From Candidatus Bathyarchaeota archaeon (GTDB lineage: Archaea > Thermoproteota > Bathyarchaeia > 40CM-2-53-6), in NCBI GenBank assembly GCA_963733055.1, contig CAVTBR010000001.1, forward strand, positions 1 to 64,000: DNA of 64,000 nucleotides, read 5' to 3'. Position numbers and translations under genes: made by a program. Every line of letters begins with the position of its first letter. Position 1 is the first letter of the stretch. The notes under the pieces were generated by a model. The model saw only the letters and a program-made list of their open reading frames with translations, searched no databases and had not been told where the DNA came from. Below, one piece after another: positions 49,966 to 60,427 of the stretch.

Positions 49966-51156
49966 TTGGTGTTCCTTGTGAGTCGAGATGAGAAGAAACT
50001 TGAACGCATCCGCAAAGCCATGCAACATGAAGGGCTTAGCGGTCTCGTACTTCGTATACCCGAGAATGTTTCGTACATTTCAGACGCATGGCCTGGAAGA
50101 GGCCTAAGCTACTTAATCGTACCAGTTGACCGCGACCCCATTCTAATCCACCCCGCGGGGGAGACAGTGCCTCGAACTTGGGTGGAGAATGTGAGGTTGT
50201 ACAAGTGGGAGACCTACGAGCACCTAGGGGACTCACTCGCAGTAGGAGTTGACGAAGTACAGAGAGCCTTAACGGATCTGGGAATCGGGTCTGGCACGAT
50301 TGGAATAGAACAGGGGTGGGAACATTTCCTCGGGACACCACTTCGGTACGAAATGATGGTTGCCGGAGAAAAGACAGCCACCGCACTCAGGAATCGACTT
50401 GCCGAATATGATGTGAAAAACGCTTCTCCGCTCCTAGTCCAAGCTAGATCCGTGAAGACTGAAGGTGAAGTTGTTGCGATGAAGAAGGCAAACCGAATAG
50501 CGCGCGTCGGACTGGAAACTTTTGAGAGAAATCTCAAGCCAGGACTCACCGAAGTCCAACTTTCATCGAAGATAGAACACGAGATCGTCACTCAAGGCGT
50601 GATGAAGTTCCGTGCCAATCACGTTGTTGCATGCGCTTTCGTAGCATCTGGACCCTCCACGGCGGAGGCTTACAAGTACGTGGTCGGGAATACGAAACGA
50701 AAGATGAGGCGTGGAGATCTGGTAATGTTGGAGCTTGACGTGGTGGCGGACGGTTATAGTTCTGATACGACTCGGACCTTCGTAGTCGGAAAACCCAACA
50801 GGAAACAACATGCTCTTCTCGAAGCAGTTCTAGATTCGGAAAGCTCGGCGATCGCTGCCATAAAACCAGGAGTGAGCGCGGCCGAGATAGCACGTACGGC
50901 GAACAAGGTCATTGAGAAACATGGTCTATCGGAGTACTTGGTGCATAGACTTGGGCATGGGATCGGAGTTGCAGTTCATGAGCCGATACCTGCTTTACAT
51001 GTTGAGTCGAAAGATCAGCTGAAACCTGGAATGGTTCACAGCGTTGAGCCGGGTATCTATAGCAAAAAGTTCGGTGGCATACGGATAGAAGATGACATTC
51101 TCGATACCGACCGCGGAACCGAGTATCTTTCAAACTTTCCGAGAACTCAAGAATGA
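49966..51156 (+). CDS. M24 Xaa-Pro peptidase family protein
   Basis: GYSSDTTRT, HRLGHGIG..VHE, SVEPGIY, GIRIED. Confidence 0.9.
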   Translation: MVFLVSRDEKKLERIRKAMQHEGLSGLVLRIPENVSYISDAWPGRGLSYLIVPVDRDPILIHPAGETVPRTWVENVRLYKWETYEHLGDSLAVGVDEVQRALTDLGIGSGTIGIEQGWEHFLGTPLRYEMMVAGEKTATALRNRLAEYDVKNASPLLVQARSVKTEGEVVAMKKANRIARVGLETFERNLKPGLTEVQLSSKIEHEIVTQGVMKFRANHVVACAFVASGPSTAEAYKYVVGNTKRKMRRGDLVMLELDVVADGYSSDTTRTFVVGKPNRKQHALLEAVLDSESSAIAAIKPGVSAAEIARTANKVIEKHGLSEYLVHRLGHGIGVAVHEPIPALHVESKDQLKPGMVHSVEPGIYSKKFGGIRIEDDILDTDRGTEYLSNFPRTQE

Positions 51157-51251
51157 GCCACCAAGTGGGATTATGACCATGATCCTGCGCGAACAGGTAC
51201 ATATCCTGCTACCAAGATGTGGGTAACTGATTCCGAGAAATCTGAGTCTGC

Positions 51252-51842
51252 TTACCAGTGTTCGTAATGTACAACTTGTGCGGGCGGCTTTCGGCCGCGT
51301 TTCAGCGAAGGTGATTTGACGTCCTCTGCGGGCAAGCCGATTGATATGACTCCAACGGGATGATAGTGCTCTGGAATCCCGAGTAGCTTCTTCATCTCTT
51401 GGACTCGAAATACGCCCGTGAAGGCTGAGGCGTAACCTTCGTCGACTGCTGCTAGGAAGATTAGCATGCATGCGGCGCCGATGTCAAAGTGCCAGTACGG
51501 TGTGGGCCATTCGATCTCGGTTCCGTCCTCTTGGAGTTTGTCTGCTTCTCGGTATCGATCGTGGTAGACCTTTTCGCTAGTACACGCCACTATTAACAAC
51601 GGAGCCTCTGACACGAACTTATGGAATCGATCAGCGTAGAAGTCAGCTTCCCCTTGGAGGTTCCCTACTTGTTTCCTCAACTTCTCGTCTTGCACCACAA
51701 CATATGCCCAGCCCTGGCTGAAACCGGCGCTCGGCGCATGCAAGGTGAGATTAAGAATTCTGTCGACAGTCTCCTTTGGTACAGGCTTTGACTGGAAGTT
51801 TCTGACCATTCTTCGCTTTAGGACTACCTTCTCGAATTCCAT
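51252..51842 (-). CDS. Nitroreductase family protein
   Basis: RRMVRNF, APSAGFSQ, LLGIP; start at ATG 51842. Confidence 0.88.
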   Translation of the reverse strand: MEFEKVVLKRRMVRNFQSKPVPKETVDRILNLTLHAPSAGFSQGWAYVVVQDEKLRKQVGNLQGEADFYADRFHKFVSEAPLLIVACTSEKVYHDRYREADKLQEDGTEIEWPTPYWHFDIGAACMLIFLAAVDEGYASAFTGVFRVQEMKKLLGIPEHYHPVGVISIGLPAEDVKSPSLKRGRKPPAQVVHYEHW

Positions 51843-51979
51843 TTGCAACCCAATCGCCAACTGTGGGTCGGGAGATTTGAATAATTGCAATCGAAGCCAG
51901 CGCAGCGAGCCTGGGTTCAGGCATCATGTAAAACAGAAAGAGAAGAAAAGGAGACTTAAGGAATTACACCAGAAACGGA

Positions 51980-52123
51980 CTAGTATCGTCTGTGTTTCTG
52001 GTAGCAGGCTCTACAGTAGACTGGTCGGCCTTGCGTAGGCTTGAACGGTACTTCAGTTTCAGCACCGCAGTCAGAACATGTGACTTTGTACATAGTTCGG
52101 CCGCCATATCCTTCTTGACTCAT
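51980..52123 (-). CDS. CxxC-x17-CxxC zinc-ribbon protein
   Basis: Manual translation MSQEGYGGRTMYKVTCSDCGAETEVPFKPTQGRPVYCRACYQKHRRY. Confidence 0.88.
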   Translation of the reverse strand: MSQEGYGGRTMYKVTCSDCGAETEVPFKPTQGRPVYCRACYQKHRRY

Positions 52124-52480
52124 ACTAACACCACTCTATGCTTTAGTTACGCGTACCATAGTACCTAAGTACAATCGCAGCGTACCGACGGCTAGGAAGC
52201 CTCTGAACGTAATTAAAGCTATACTACAATCAACTATCAAACTAAGCTCGTACACTAACTCGACCCGCTATGTGGATACGCGCTCGAACCTGGTATTCGA
52301 GAGAGGAAACCGAGAAGGTTACATTCTTCCACCCGTATGATGGGGCGTACATGCGAAACGTGGGTTGCGGTGGAAGATCTGAAAGGCAGTTTTTCATGTT
52401 TGTGGGCCAATGGACTCTGTCGATGGCTGGTAAGATCCTTGGCGCCCTAACTATCCGCGAATGTTGGAGGAAAATGTAAG

Positions 52481-52732
52481 TTGAGAATTGAAGAAATACG
52501 GAACGGAATGAGGGGTATCCATCTAGAGGGAAAGATTTTCGATATGAACCAGTTCATGCTAGTGCTAGATGATGAAAGCGGCCGAACCTTCGTCAGATAC
52601 AATTACAGAAATCTTGCAAAACCAATTCAAAAGGGCGACTACGTTAAAGTAGACAATGGGCAAGCGGTTAACTACTCGGGGATTCTGCAAGTGAAATTAC
52701 CGCGAAACGGCTCCATAACACCGACCCAGTAG
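52481..52732 (+). CDS. Single OB-fold ssDNA-binding-like protein
   Basis: I.E.RNGM..I.LEGKI, L.DESG, GD.VKV.NG, G.LQV. Confidence 0.7.
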   Translation: MRIEEIRNGMRGIHLEGKIFDMNQFMLVLDDESGRTFVRYNYRNLAKPIQKGDYVKVDNGQAVNYSGILQVKLPRNGSITPTQ

Positions 52733-52783
52733 ACGTCCACTTTCCAACTGTGCTACGCCTTACTCGGAATTTCCTTAGCTCGG

Positions 52784-53929
52784 CTAAACGCGTTGAAACT
52801 GATCCTTTGTTACAGTTTCTTTCGAAATTGTCTTCGATTCAAGAAATTCTTCATCCACTTGAACTCCTATTCCAGGTTCACGCGGCACCTCAATCGTTCC
52901 AGCCCCCGTTAGTTCGAACTCTTGTTTGATTATGTCTTTCTCGAAATACAGTTTGCTTGCGGAAATGTCACCAGGAAAGGTGAAGCCTGGCAGGGAAGCC
53001 AATGCGACATTAAATGCTCTGCCAATTCCGGTTTCAAGCATTCCGCCGCACCATACTGGAATCTTCCGTGCCATGCAAAAATCGTGCAGCTCTCTCGAAC
53101 ACCCCAAGCCTCTAACCCGTCCTGGTTTGATGTTTATGACTCTGCACGCATCGATCTCTACCGCTTGACGCACGTCGTTCACACTTCGTATGCTCTCGTC
53201 AAGACAAACGGGTGTTGAAAGCTGCTTCTGCAATTTCGAATGATCAATGAGATCGTTAGGGGCTAGGGGCTGCTCAATCAGTAACAGTTTGAAGCCGTCA
53301 AGCTGTTTCAATATATGCGAATCCTCAAGAGTATAGGCCGAGTTCGCGTCCACTTGGAGTGGAATATCAGGGAAACGTTTCCTAATCGCCCTCACTGGTT
53401 CGAGATCGAACCCTGGTTTAATTTTGATTTTTATCCGCCTGTATCTCTCGGCAAGACGCGATGTGACCTTGTCGACGAGGCTCTGGATTGAAGGTTGAAT
53501 ACCTACACTTACTCCAGCTTCAACCTCCGTCTTACTTCCTTTGAGTAGCTTGGAAATTGGTTGGTGTGTTAACTTTCCCATGAGATCCCAGAGTGCCATT
53601 TCGACCGCGGCTACGGCCATATTGTTTCCTCTTAATCTTCGACTGGAATCAAGAAACTGGGCGGGAGTCGTGAATAGGTTTGCAAAAAGTGATGGCGCAA
53701 GGAATTTCTTGATGACGTAGCTGGCAGACATTATGGTCTCTTCGCTATACCAAGGCCCATTTCCAGCAACACATTCTCCGTAAGCAGTAAGCCCGTCCTT
53801 TTTGACGATCACAATCAGAGCCTCCTTAACGGATTCTACGCCAAGATTGCTCTCGAAATTGGAAACGAGCGGTAATCGGACAATGCGCAATTCCAGGGAA
53901 TCGATAGGCGTCAGTTCAGGAGAATCCAT
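52784..53929 (-). CDS. menC: o-Succinylbenzoate synthase (NSAR/OSBS-type enolase)
   Basis: KIKIKPG, VDANSAY, EQP, LDES, NIKPGR, WCGGMLETGIGRA. Confidence 0.88.
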   Translation of the reverse strand: MDSPELTPIDSLELRIVRLPLVSNFESNLGVESVKEALIVIVKKDGLTAYGECVAGNGPWYSEETIMSASYVIKKFLAPSLFANLFTTPAQFLDSSRRLRGNNMAVAAVEMALWDLMGKLTHQPISKLLKGSKTEVEAGVSVGIQPSIQSLVDKVTSRLAERYRRIKIKIKPGFDLEPVRAIRKRFPDIPLQVDANSAYTLEDSHILKQLDGFKLLLIEQPLAPNDLIDHSKLQKQLSTPVCLDESIRSVNDVRQAVEIDACRVINIKPGRVRGLGCSRELHDFCMARKIPVWCGGMLETGIGRAFNVALASLPGFTFPGDISASKLYFEKDIIKQEFELTGAGTIEVPREPGIGVQVDEEFLESKTISKETVTKDQFQRV

Positions 53930-54161
53930 CTTCCCAGCTACCTCGCATCTGAATGAGATTCCTCGTGATTCTAATAGGCCCCGCGACGGTCTGGCTCAAT
54001 GCAACGCATATGTCCCATCTAATTGCAGTCCTCCTTTTATCAAGAATACCGTGCCCATCTCGCAATTAGCCGGAGGAGCTTAGAATTAGGATAGGTTCTT
54101 CTGTCTGAGAAATCATGAGCAACAACGCCGCCATCGGGAAGAGAGAAGCGGGAGAGGCAAG

Positions 54162-55613
54162 ATGCGAAGAAGATCTTTAGAAATTCAGTCCCAAAACAGT
54201 GAGATGGCGGGCTTACCTCAACCTTCCGATTCGATTTCATTCGGCAGAGTACTTGAGTTGATTTCGGATGGAAATCGATGCGCCGCTGAAATGAGCAGAC
54301 CGATACTTGTATCCCTCACCCAGCCTCTTAGACTCGAAAACGATCCTGAACAACTCTTCTCCGCGGCATCGCGAATTGACAGTACTAGGAACTACTGGGC
54401 CCTACCTGCGAAGAAATCTTGGAGTGTGGGCGCCGGTAAGGCGGCTGACATAGTCGCTGAGGGCTCTCAAAGATTCCAACGAGCCGCTACCTCACTTCTG
54501 GATACGATGAATTCGGCGATTGTTGAGGAAAACGGCGGTCCCGGACCAATTTTCATGGGGGGCTTCAGGTTCAACCCACTATCACCTGTTGAAGGGCTTT
54601 GGGAGGATTTTCACGATGGACTGCTGACACTGCCCCGGTGGGTGATTACATCTCAACCGAACGGGCGACGCTGGGTGACCATCAATGTGGTTGTGAATGG
54701 ACGCACGAAGATTGATTCGCTACAAAAGGATCTGAAGACTCAAGCCGCCGACCTCTTCGATTCGCCCAGTGACTTCCCGGAACCTGTGTCTGCTTCAATA
54801 AGATCTCAACCGGCTGTTGATCTTTGGCGACGAAGTGTGGAACAGGCTCTGGACGCAGTCAAAGACGGAAGACTGACCAAAGTCACTTTGGCGAGAATCC
54901 TAAAACTCCGCGCTAGGACACCCATAATTCCCGAGATTGTCCTTCGAAGCCTCGCAACCAATTACCCCGAATGTCAAGTATTCGCCTTCTGCCGGTCGGG
55001 TACATGTTTCGTAGGAGCTTCCCCCGAGGATTTAGTGAGCCTTCACGATGAGCAGGTGAGTTCGACCTGTTTGGCGGGTTCAGCCCCCCGCGGCGCTTCG
55101 GAGACCGAGGACTCGAAGCTTTCGGAGTGGCTGTTAGGAAATGTTAAGGAACGAAGAGAACACGAAGTCGTCGTCGACTGGATTTCTGAACGAATGGGAA
55201 AGCTCTGCTCTAAACTTCAGTGGGACGACGACCCCCATTTGATGCGGCTAGGGAACGTTCAGCATTTAGCGACCCGTTTTACGGGCAAGCCAAAGAAAGG
55301 CGTCAATGTCCTGGATTTTGTCAATGCGTTACACCCAACGCCCGCCGTTGGTGGCATACCTCTTGAGCCAGCCCTTGAAATGATTGAGAGGCTTGAGAAG
55401 TTTGATCGCGGTTGGTATACGGGACCGGTTGGATGGGTTGACAGGAATGGGGACGGGGAATTCGCCATCGCAATTCGATGTGCGCTCTTGCGTGGCAATG
55501 AGGCGTTCCTGTACGCAGGGGCCGGTATTGTTGCCGGATCGGACCCAGACCGCGAAGATCAGGAGACTATGATCAAATTCAAGCCACTCCTGACGGCCCT
55601 GGGAGTGCCTTGA
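54162..55613 (+). CDS. menF: Isochorismate synthase
   Basis: KVTLAR, GASPE, LAGS, KERREH, LHPTPAVGG, YAGAGIV.GS. Confidence 0.9.
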   Translation: MRRRSLEIQSQNSEMAGLPQPSDSISFGRVLELISDGNRCAAEMSRPILVSLTQPLRLENDPEQLFSAASRIDSTRNYWALPAKKSWSVGAGKAADIVAEGSQRFQRAATSLLDTMNSAIVEENGGPGPIFMGGFRFNPLSPVEGLWEDFHDGLLTLPRWVITSQPNGRRWVTINVVVNGRTKIDSLQKDLKTQAADLFDSPSDFPEPVSASIRSQPAVDLWRRSVEQALDAVKDGRLTKVTLARILKLRARTPIIPEIVLRSLATNYPECQVFAFCRSGTCFVGASPEDLVSLHDEQVSSTCLAGSAPRGASETEDSKLSEWLLGNVKERREHEVVVDWISERMGKLCSKLQWDDDPHLMRLGNVQHLATRFTGKPKKGVNVLDFVNALHPTPAVGGIPLEPALEMIERLEKFDRGWYTGPVGWVDRNGDGEFAIAIRCALLRGNEAFLYAGAGIVAGSDPDREDQETMIKFKPLLTALGVP

Positions 55614-57403
55614 TGCCTCTCCCACCGAATCGCAACTACGCTTTCTCAGAAGCATTTGTTGATGAACTCTACCGTTCAGGCCTGCGACATGCCTGCATCT
55701 GTCCAGGTTCGCGATCAACACCCTTAGTGATTAGCCTAGCGAAGCAAGAGCGTATCAAGGTCTGGGTCCATTCGGACGAGCGTTCGGCTGCGTACTTCTC
55801 GCTTGGGATGAGCCGGGCCCTTAGCGCGCCAGTCGCGGTCGTTAGCACGTCGGGTACAGCTGCGGCTAATTTCTTTCCCGCCGTAATCGAGGCTTACTAT
55901 TCACATGTGCCAATCTTGATTTTGACCGCGGATCGTCCCCCAGAGTTGTGGGAATGGGGTGCGAACCAAACAATCGACCAGACTCGGATGTATGGAGGCC
56001 ACGCGAAGTGGTCGGTGAACATGGCTACTCCAGAGTTCACGCTTGACTTGCTGAGGTATGTTCGTGAAATTGCGTGCCGCGCATTGAGCACGGCGATTCA
56101 ATCGCCCGCTGGGCCCGTGCACATCAACTTCCCGTTCGGAGAGCCATTAGTACCCAAGGATGTTCCAGCGGAAATCCCAGAACACTCCTCGCTGGGAACC
56201 CAAAACGCTTGGGAAGGTCGGAAGCAAGCCAGAGCCTACACAGACGTCCGGAATGGGCGGCGATTTATCAACAGAGAGCAGGTCAAGGAGTTAGCGGGAG
56301 AGATACAGACCCTGAGCGAGGGGGTTATCGTTTGTGGGTCTCAGTATGATTTAGGCTTCCCCCAAGCGGTCTCGACTCTAGCCAACCGCTTGGGCTTCCC
56401 AATACTCGCAGACCCCCTATCCCAAGTTCGGTGCGGTACGCACGACCGAAGCCTCATCGTTGATTGCTACGACGCTTTCCTACGCTCTAGGAGAGTGGCG
56501 GAGGCATTGGAACCTGAAATTATCCTGCGGTTCGGCGCCACGCCCACGTCCAAGGCATTACAAGAATACATTGAGCAACACCACCGGGCCAGGCAAATAC
56601 TAGTCCGAGAGGGAGACTGGCAAGACCCAATGCATACGGCCACCGACATGTTTCAGACCGACCCCGGCCAATTCGCAAGAGAACTTGCAACTGAGACCAC
56701 CAGTACTCGCCAAAGAAAGTGGTCGGACACTTGGTTGGCTGTCGCTGAGAGAACACGTCAAGCTATTCATGGCGAGATGAGCAAAATCGAAGAGATGTTT
56801 GAAGGGAAGATTTTCGCGAACCTAGCGGCTTTCTTTCCACCCAAAGCAACATTGTTTGCGGGCAACAGTATGCCGGTGCGTGACCTTGACTCATTCTATC
56901 CGTCCACTTCTCAGGAGGTCCGATTTTTGGCGAATCGAGGAGCGAGCGGAATAGATGGAGTAATCTCCACAGCGCTAGGAGCCAGCGCGGTTACCAAGGA
57001 TCCAACGGTGCTCGTGGTCGGCGATCTTTCTTTCTACCAAGACATGAATGGTTTGCTGGCGGCGATGAAATACGGTCTCAATGCAACTATCGTGTTAGCA
57101 AATAATGATGGCGGCGGCATTTTCTCCTTTCTTCCTCAGCGAGAGTACAAGGACTACTTCGAAAAGTACTTCGCGACCCCACACGGCCTTACCTTCCGCG
57201 CCGCGGCCTCCCTATACGGTCTAACCTATTCCAAGGCTACGTCGTGGGAAGAATTCCATACCGCCGTTTCGCGGAACGTGGGATCCACGGGCACGGGCGT
57301 AGTGGAATTGCAAACTAATAGAGATCGAAACGTTGAGCTTCACCGTCGCATTTGGTCAGTTGCAACCGAGGCGGCGGAGGGCACGCTCATGGAGCGGACT
57401 TGA
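55610..57403 (+). CDS. menD: SEPHCHC synthase
   Basis: CPGSRSTPL, DERSA, TSGTA, ADRPPE, NRGASGIDG, GDLSF, NNDGGGIF. Confidence 0.95.
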   Translation: MMPLPPNRNYAFSEAFVDELYRSGLRHACICPGSRSTPLVISLAKQERIKVWVHSDERSAAYFSLGMSRALSAPVAVVSTSGTAAANFFPAVIEAYYSHVPILILTADRPPELWEWGANQTIDQTRMYGGHAKWSVNMATPEFTLDLLRYVREIACRALSTAIQSPAGPVHINFPFGEPLVPKDVPAEIPEHSSLGTQNAWEGRKQARAYTDVRNGRRFINREQVKELAGEIQTLSEGVIVCGSQYDLGFPQAVSTLANRLGFPILADPLSQVRCGTHDRSLIVDCYDAFLRSRRVAEALEPEIILRFGATPTSKALQEYIEQHHRARQILVREGDWQDPMHTATDMFQTDPGQFARELATETTSTRQRKWSDTWLAVAERTRQAIHGEMSKIEEMFEGKIFANLAAFFPPKATLFAGNSMPVRDLDSFYPSTSQEVRFLANRGASGIDGVISTALGASAVTKDPTVLVVGDLSFYQDMNGLLAAMKYGLNATIVLANNDGGGIFSFLPQREYKDYFEKYFATPHGLTFRAAASLYGLTYSKATSWEEFHTAVSRNVGSTGTGVVELQTNRDRNVELHRRIWSVATEAAEGTLMERT

Positions 57404-57407
57404 AGGC

Positions 57408-58217
57408 GTGCTGGTCGACGAAGTCAATCTAAATGTCAAGGCTGTGGGTTCGGGTCCAGCAATCTTAGCACTTCACGGATTCTCAGGGTCTATGTCCACC
57501 TGGAGCGAGTTCGTGGAGGAGGCGCAGAAAGAATACAGGATTATTACAGTCGACTTGTTAGGGCATGGAGGTTCAGATGCTCCCAGCGATCCCAAGAGAT
57601 ATCGTGTGGAACAATCCATCGCCGACCTTGCTGCGGTTCTAGACAAGTCAGATGTCGCCAATGCTTGCTGGTTAGGGTATTCTATGGGGGGCCGGATCGC
57701 TCTCGGAGCCGCTGCGTTAATGCCTGAAAGGTGTGGGTGTTTAGTGCTTGAAGGAGCTTCCCCCGGGATTGACGAACCCAAACAAAGGGCAGAGAGGAAG
57801 AGACGCGATGACGCGCTGGCACGCCTGATTATGAAAGAAGGCATCGAGACGTTTTCGAAATACTGGGAGCAACAGCCAATATTTGCCAGCCAAAAACTTC
57901 TCCCCCTTGAAGTTCAAGAACAAATCAGAAACCAGCGGCTCAAAAACAACCCTACAGGGCTCGCGAACACTTTACGCGCCGCAAGCTCCGGCGTCCAGCC
58001 CCCCTTCCACAAATCACTTCCTAACATCAAAATCCCCGTCCTCTGCATTGCTGGCGAATACGACCACAAGTTCTCTGCCATCGCAGAAGACATGTGCAGC
58101 AAGCTACCAAACGGGCACCTTTCCATCATACCAGGTGCGGGACATGCTCCGCACATTGAGAAGCCTGAGGAATTCAACAGAATCGTACTGGGCTTCCTCC
58201 GTGAATCGAATTGGTAG
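57408..58217 (+). CDS. menH: SHCHC synthase
   Basis: LHGFSG, DLLGHG, GYSMGGR, D.KF, GHAPH; start uncertain (GTG 57408). Confidence 0.9.
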   Translation: MLVDEVNLNVKAVGSGPAILALHGFSGSMSTWSEFVEEAQKEYRIITVDLLGHGGSDAPSDPKRYRVEQSIADLAAVLDKSDVANACWLGYSMGGRIALGAAALMPERCGCLVLEGASPGIDEPKQRAERKRRDDALARLIMKEGIETFSKYWEQQPIFASQKLLPLEVQEQIRNQRLKNNPTGLANTLRAASSGVQPPFHKSLPNIKIPVLCIAGEYDHKFSAIAEDMCSKLPNGHLSIIPGAGHAPHIEKPEEFNRIVLGFLRESNW

Positions 58218-58290
58218 TTATTACGTCATCCTTGGCTCAGTAACTGGTTCACCACAGAGTATAATTTCGCTGGCTTCAATCTCTTGCCTC

Positions 58291-59517
58291 ATGATTAGCC
58301 GAAAGTCTTCCAGGGACAATCCTAGACTGAATCCATTAGCCGGGATAACCGTCCTAGAAATAAGCCACATACTCTCTGGCCCGTTCTGCACCATGCTTCT
58401 TGCAGATCTTGGCGCGAAGGTTATCAAAGTTGAGCGGCCGAACTTGGGAGATGAAGCGCGACGATTAGGTCCCCAAGTGAGCGGAGATAGCGCGTATTTC
58501 ATGAGCGTAAATCGAGGAAAGAAGAGCATCACTATCGATCTTTCCCGCGAGGAGGGCCAGAAGTTGGCCCGGGAACTGTGCCAGCACGTTGACATTCTTG
58601 TCGAGAACTTTGTTCCTGGGACAATGCAGAGATTCGGTCTCGACTATGCGAAGGTAGGGGCGCTCAATCCTCGTCTGATCTACACATCGATCTCAGGCTT
58701 CGGCCAAAGCGGTCCCTATACCCACCATCCCGCCCTGGATATTATTGTTCAAGCGATGGGCGGCATTATGAGCGTGACGGGTGAACCCAATGGCCGTCCC
58801 TTGCGGCCCGGGGCATCGCTCGGAGATAGCGTCGCCGGCCTCTTCGCTGCGTTAGCAATACTCAGCGCTCTGTTGGAGAGAGAACGCACGGGCCGGGGGC
58901 GATATGTCGACGTCTCGATGCTAGACTGTCAAGTCACTATGATGGAGAACGCGTTTTCAAGGTACTTTGCCACGGGTGAGGTACCGGGACCGCTGGGATC
59001 ACGCCACCCTGCCGCAGTTCCCTTCCAGTCGTTTGCGACACAGGACGGATACATAGTGGTTGCACTAATCTCCGACAGCCCCGAACCCTGGAACCGCTTC
59101 TGTACCGCGATCGGGCACCCTGACCTTGCGAAAGACCCTCGTTTTGTTGACGCACCATCTAGAGTTCAGAACTACGGCGTGCTCGCGCCTATGATCGAAG
59201 AGGCGATGCGCAGGAAGTCTTCGCGAGAATGGCTTGAAGAATTCTCGCGCCTTGAAATTCCGTGCGGCCCGGTAAACAATGTGGGCGCAGTAGCTAAGGA
59301 CCCTCAGATACTCTCCCGCGGTATGATCGCAAAGATACCCCACAAAAAGTTGGGCGAATGGAAGGTCGCCAATACTCCCTTCAAGGCGGACGGTGCCTCC
59401 TCAGGCCCACAAGGTCCTTCGCCAGACTTAGGTGAGCATACCGACGAAGTGCTTCAAGAAATGCTCGGCCGTTCCCAGAATGAGATTGCCCGCTTGAGAT
59501 CGCTCGGCTTGGTTTGA
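58291..59517 (+). CDS. Family III (CaiB/BaiF) CoA-transferase
   Basis: PLAGI.VLE, GP.C...LADLGA.VIKVE, NRGKKSI.IDL, ENF.PG, SISGFGQ.GP, catalytic Asp in SLGDSVAG, P.LGEHT. Confidence 0.92.
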   Translation: MISRKSSRDNPRLNPLAGITVLEISHILSGPFCTMLLADLGAKVIKVERPNLGDEARRLGPQVSGDSAYFMSVNRGKKSITIDLSREEGQKLARELCQHVDILVENFVPGTMQRFGLDYAKVGALNPRLIYTSISGFGQSGPYTHHPALDIIVQAMGGIMSVTGEPNGRPLRPGASLGDSVAGLFAALAILSALLERERTGRGRYVDVSMLDCQVTMMENAFSRYFATGEVPGPLGSRHPAAVPFQSFATQDGYIVVALISDSPEPWNRFCTAIGHPDLAKDPRFVDAPSRVQNYGVLAPMIEEAMRRKSSREWLEEFSRLEIPCGPVNNVGAVAKDPQILSRGMIAKIPHKKLGEWKVANTPFKADGASSGPQGPSPDLGEHTDEVLQEMLGRSQNEIARLRSLGLV

Positions 59518-59573
59518 AAACGACCCTCTTAAGAAGCAAGCGCTGAGTAAAACTAGGAAAGTGGATATTCCAA

Positions 59574-60371
59574 ATGGAATTCAAAGACATATTTTACGAA
59601 AAGAAGGAAGGGGTAGCTTTCGTTCGAATTAACCGCCCGAAGGTTCTCAACGCCTTTCGACCGTTGACGATAGATGAGATGCGGCAGGCTTTCGTAGACG
59701 CTTGGTACGATCCGGAAGTTGGAGTTGTTGTTCTCACAGGGACAAACGGTAACTTTTGTTCAGGCGGTGATGTGAACGTTCGGGGAGAGGGTGGTTATGA
59801 GGACGATTCGGGCACGCTGAGGCTGCAAGTTACGCATCTGCACAGGTTGATACGAGAAATACCGAAGCCCGTCATCGCAATGGTGGATGGTTACGCGATC
59901 GGCGGGGGACATGTCCTTCATGTGTTATGTGACTTGACGGTTGCCTCCACGCGTGCAGTCTTCGGACAGATAGGGCCTAAGTACGGTAGCTTCGACGGAG
60001 GATTCGGGTCCATTTACCTCGCGCGCATTGTTGGGGAAAAGAAGGCACGAGAGATCTGGTACCTATGCCGTCGTTACTCTGCCCAAGAAGCACTAGACAT
60101 GGGACTCGTCAACTTTGTCTTCCCTCCGGATCAACTCGAGAACGAGGTGGTGTCTATGGCTCAGGAACTGCTCCAGCGCTCACCGACTGCTTTGCGATTT
60201 CTGAAGTTTGCCTTCAACTCAGACACGGACCACGTCTACGGGACACAGAATCTAGCACACGGCGCTACAGCCCTTTACTACGCGAGTGAGGAATGCAAGG
60301 AGGGCACGAGAGCCTTCCTTGAGAAACGCGCGCCAAACTACGCTCGCTTTCGAAAGCAACCTCCTTGGTAG
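59574..60371 (+). CDS. menB: DHNA-CoA synthase
   Basis: NRP.VLNAFRP, FCSGGD, GYAIGGGHVLH, GSFDGG.G, EKKAREIWYLC. Confidence 0.95.
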   Translation: MEFKDIFYEKKEGVAFVRINRPKVLNAFRPLTIDEMRQAFVDAWYDPEVGVVVLTGTNGNFCSGGDVNVRGEGGYEDDSGTLRLQVTHLHRLIREIPKPVIAMVDGYAIGGGHVLHVLCDLTVASTRAVFGQIGPKYGSFDGGFGSIYLARIVGEKKAREIWYLCRRYSAQEALDMGLVNFVFPPDQLENEVVSMAQELLQRSPTALRFLKFAFNSDTDHVYGTQNLAHGATALYYASEECKEGTRAFLEKRAPNYARFRKQPPW

Positions 60372-60427
60372 ATAATCACCCCACCAGCCCGACATCATGA
60401 ATTCAAAACGCAGTACGCGTTTCATAA

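Noticed and set aside
52270-52479. 69-aa ORF upstream of the OB-fold gene
   Set aside because: No motif or supporting signal; it cannot be distinguished from intergenic sequence.
57883-58290. N-terminal 136 aa of the 544-aa CoA-transferase ORF as a fusion domain
   Set aside because: It overlaps menH in another frame, and family similarity begins only after ATG 58291.
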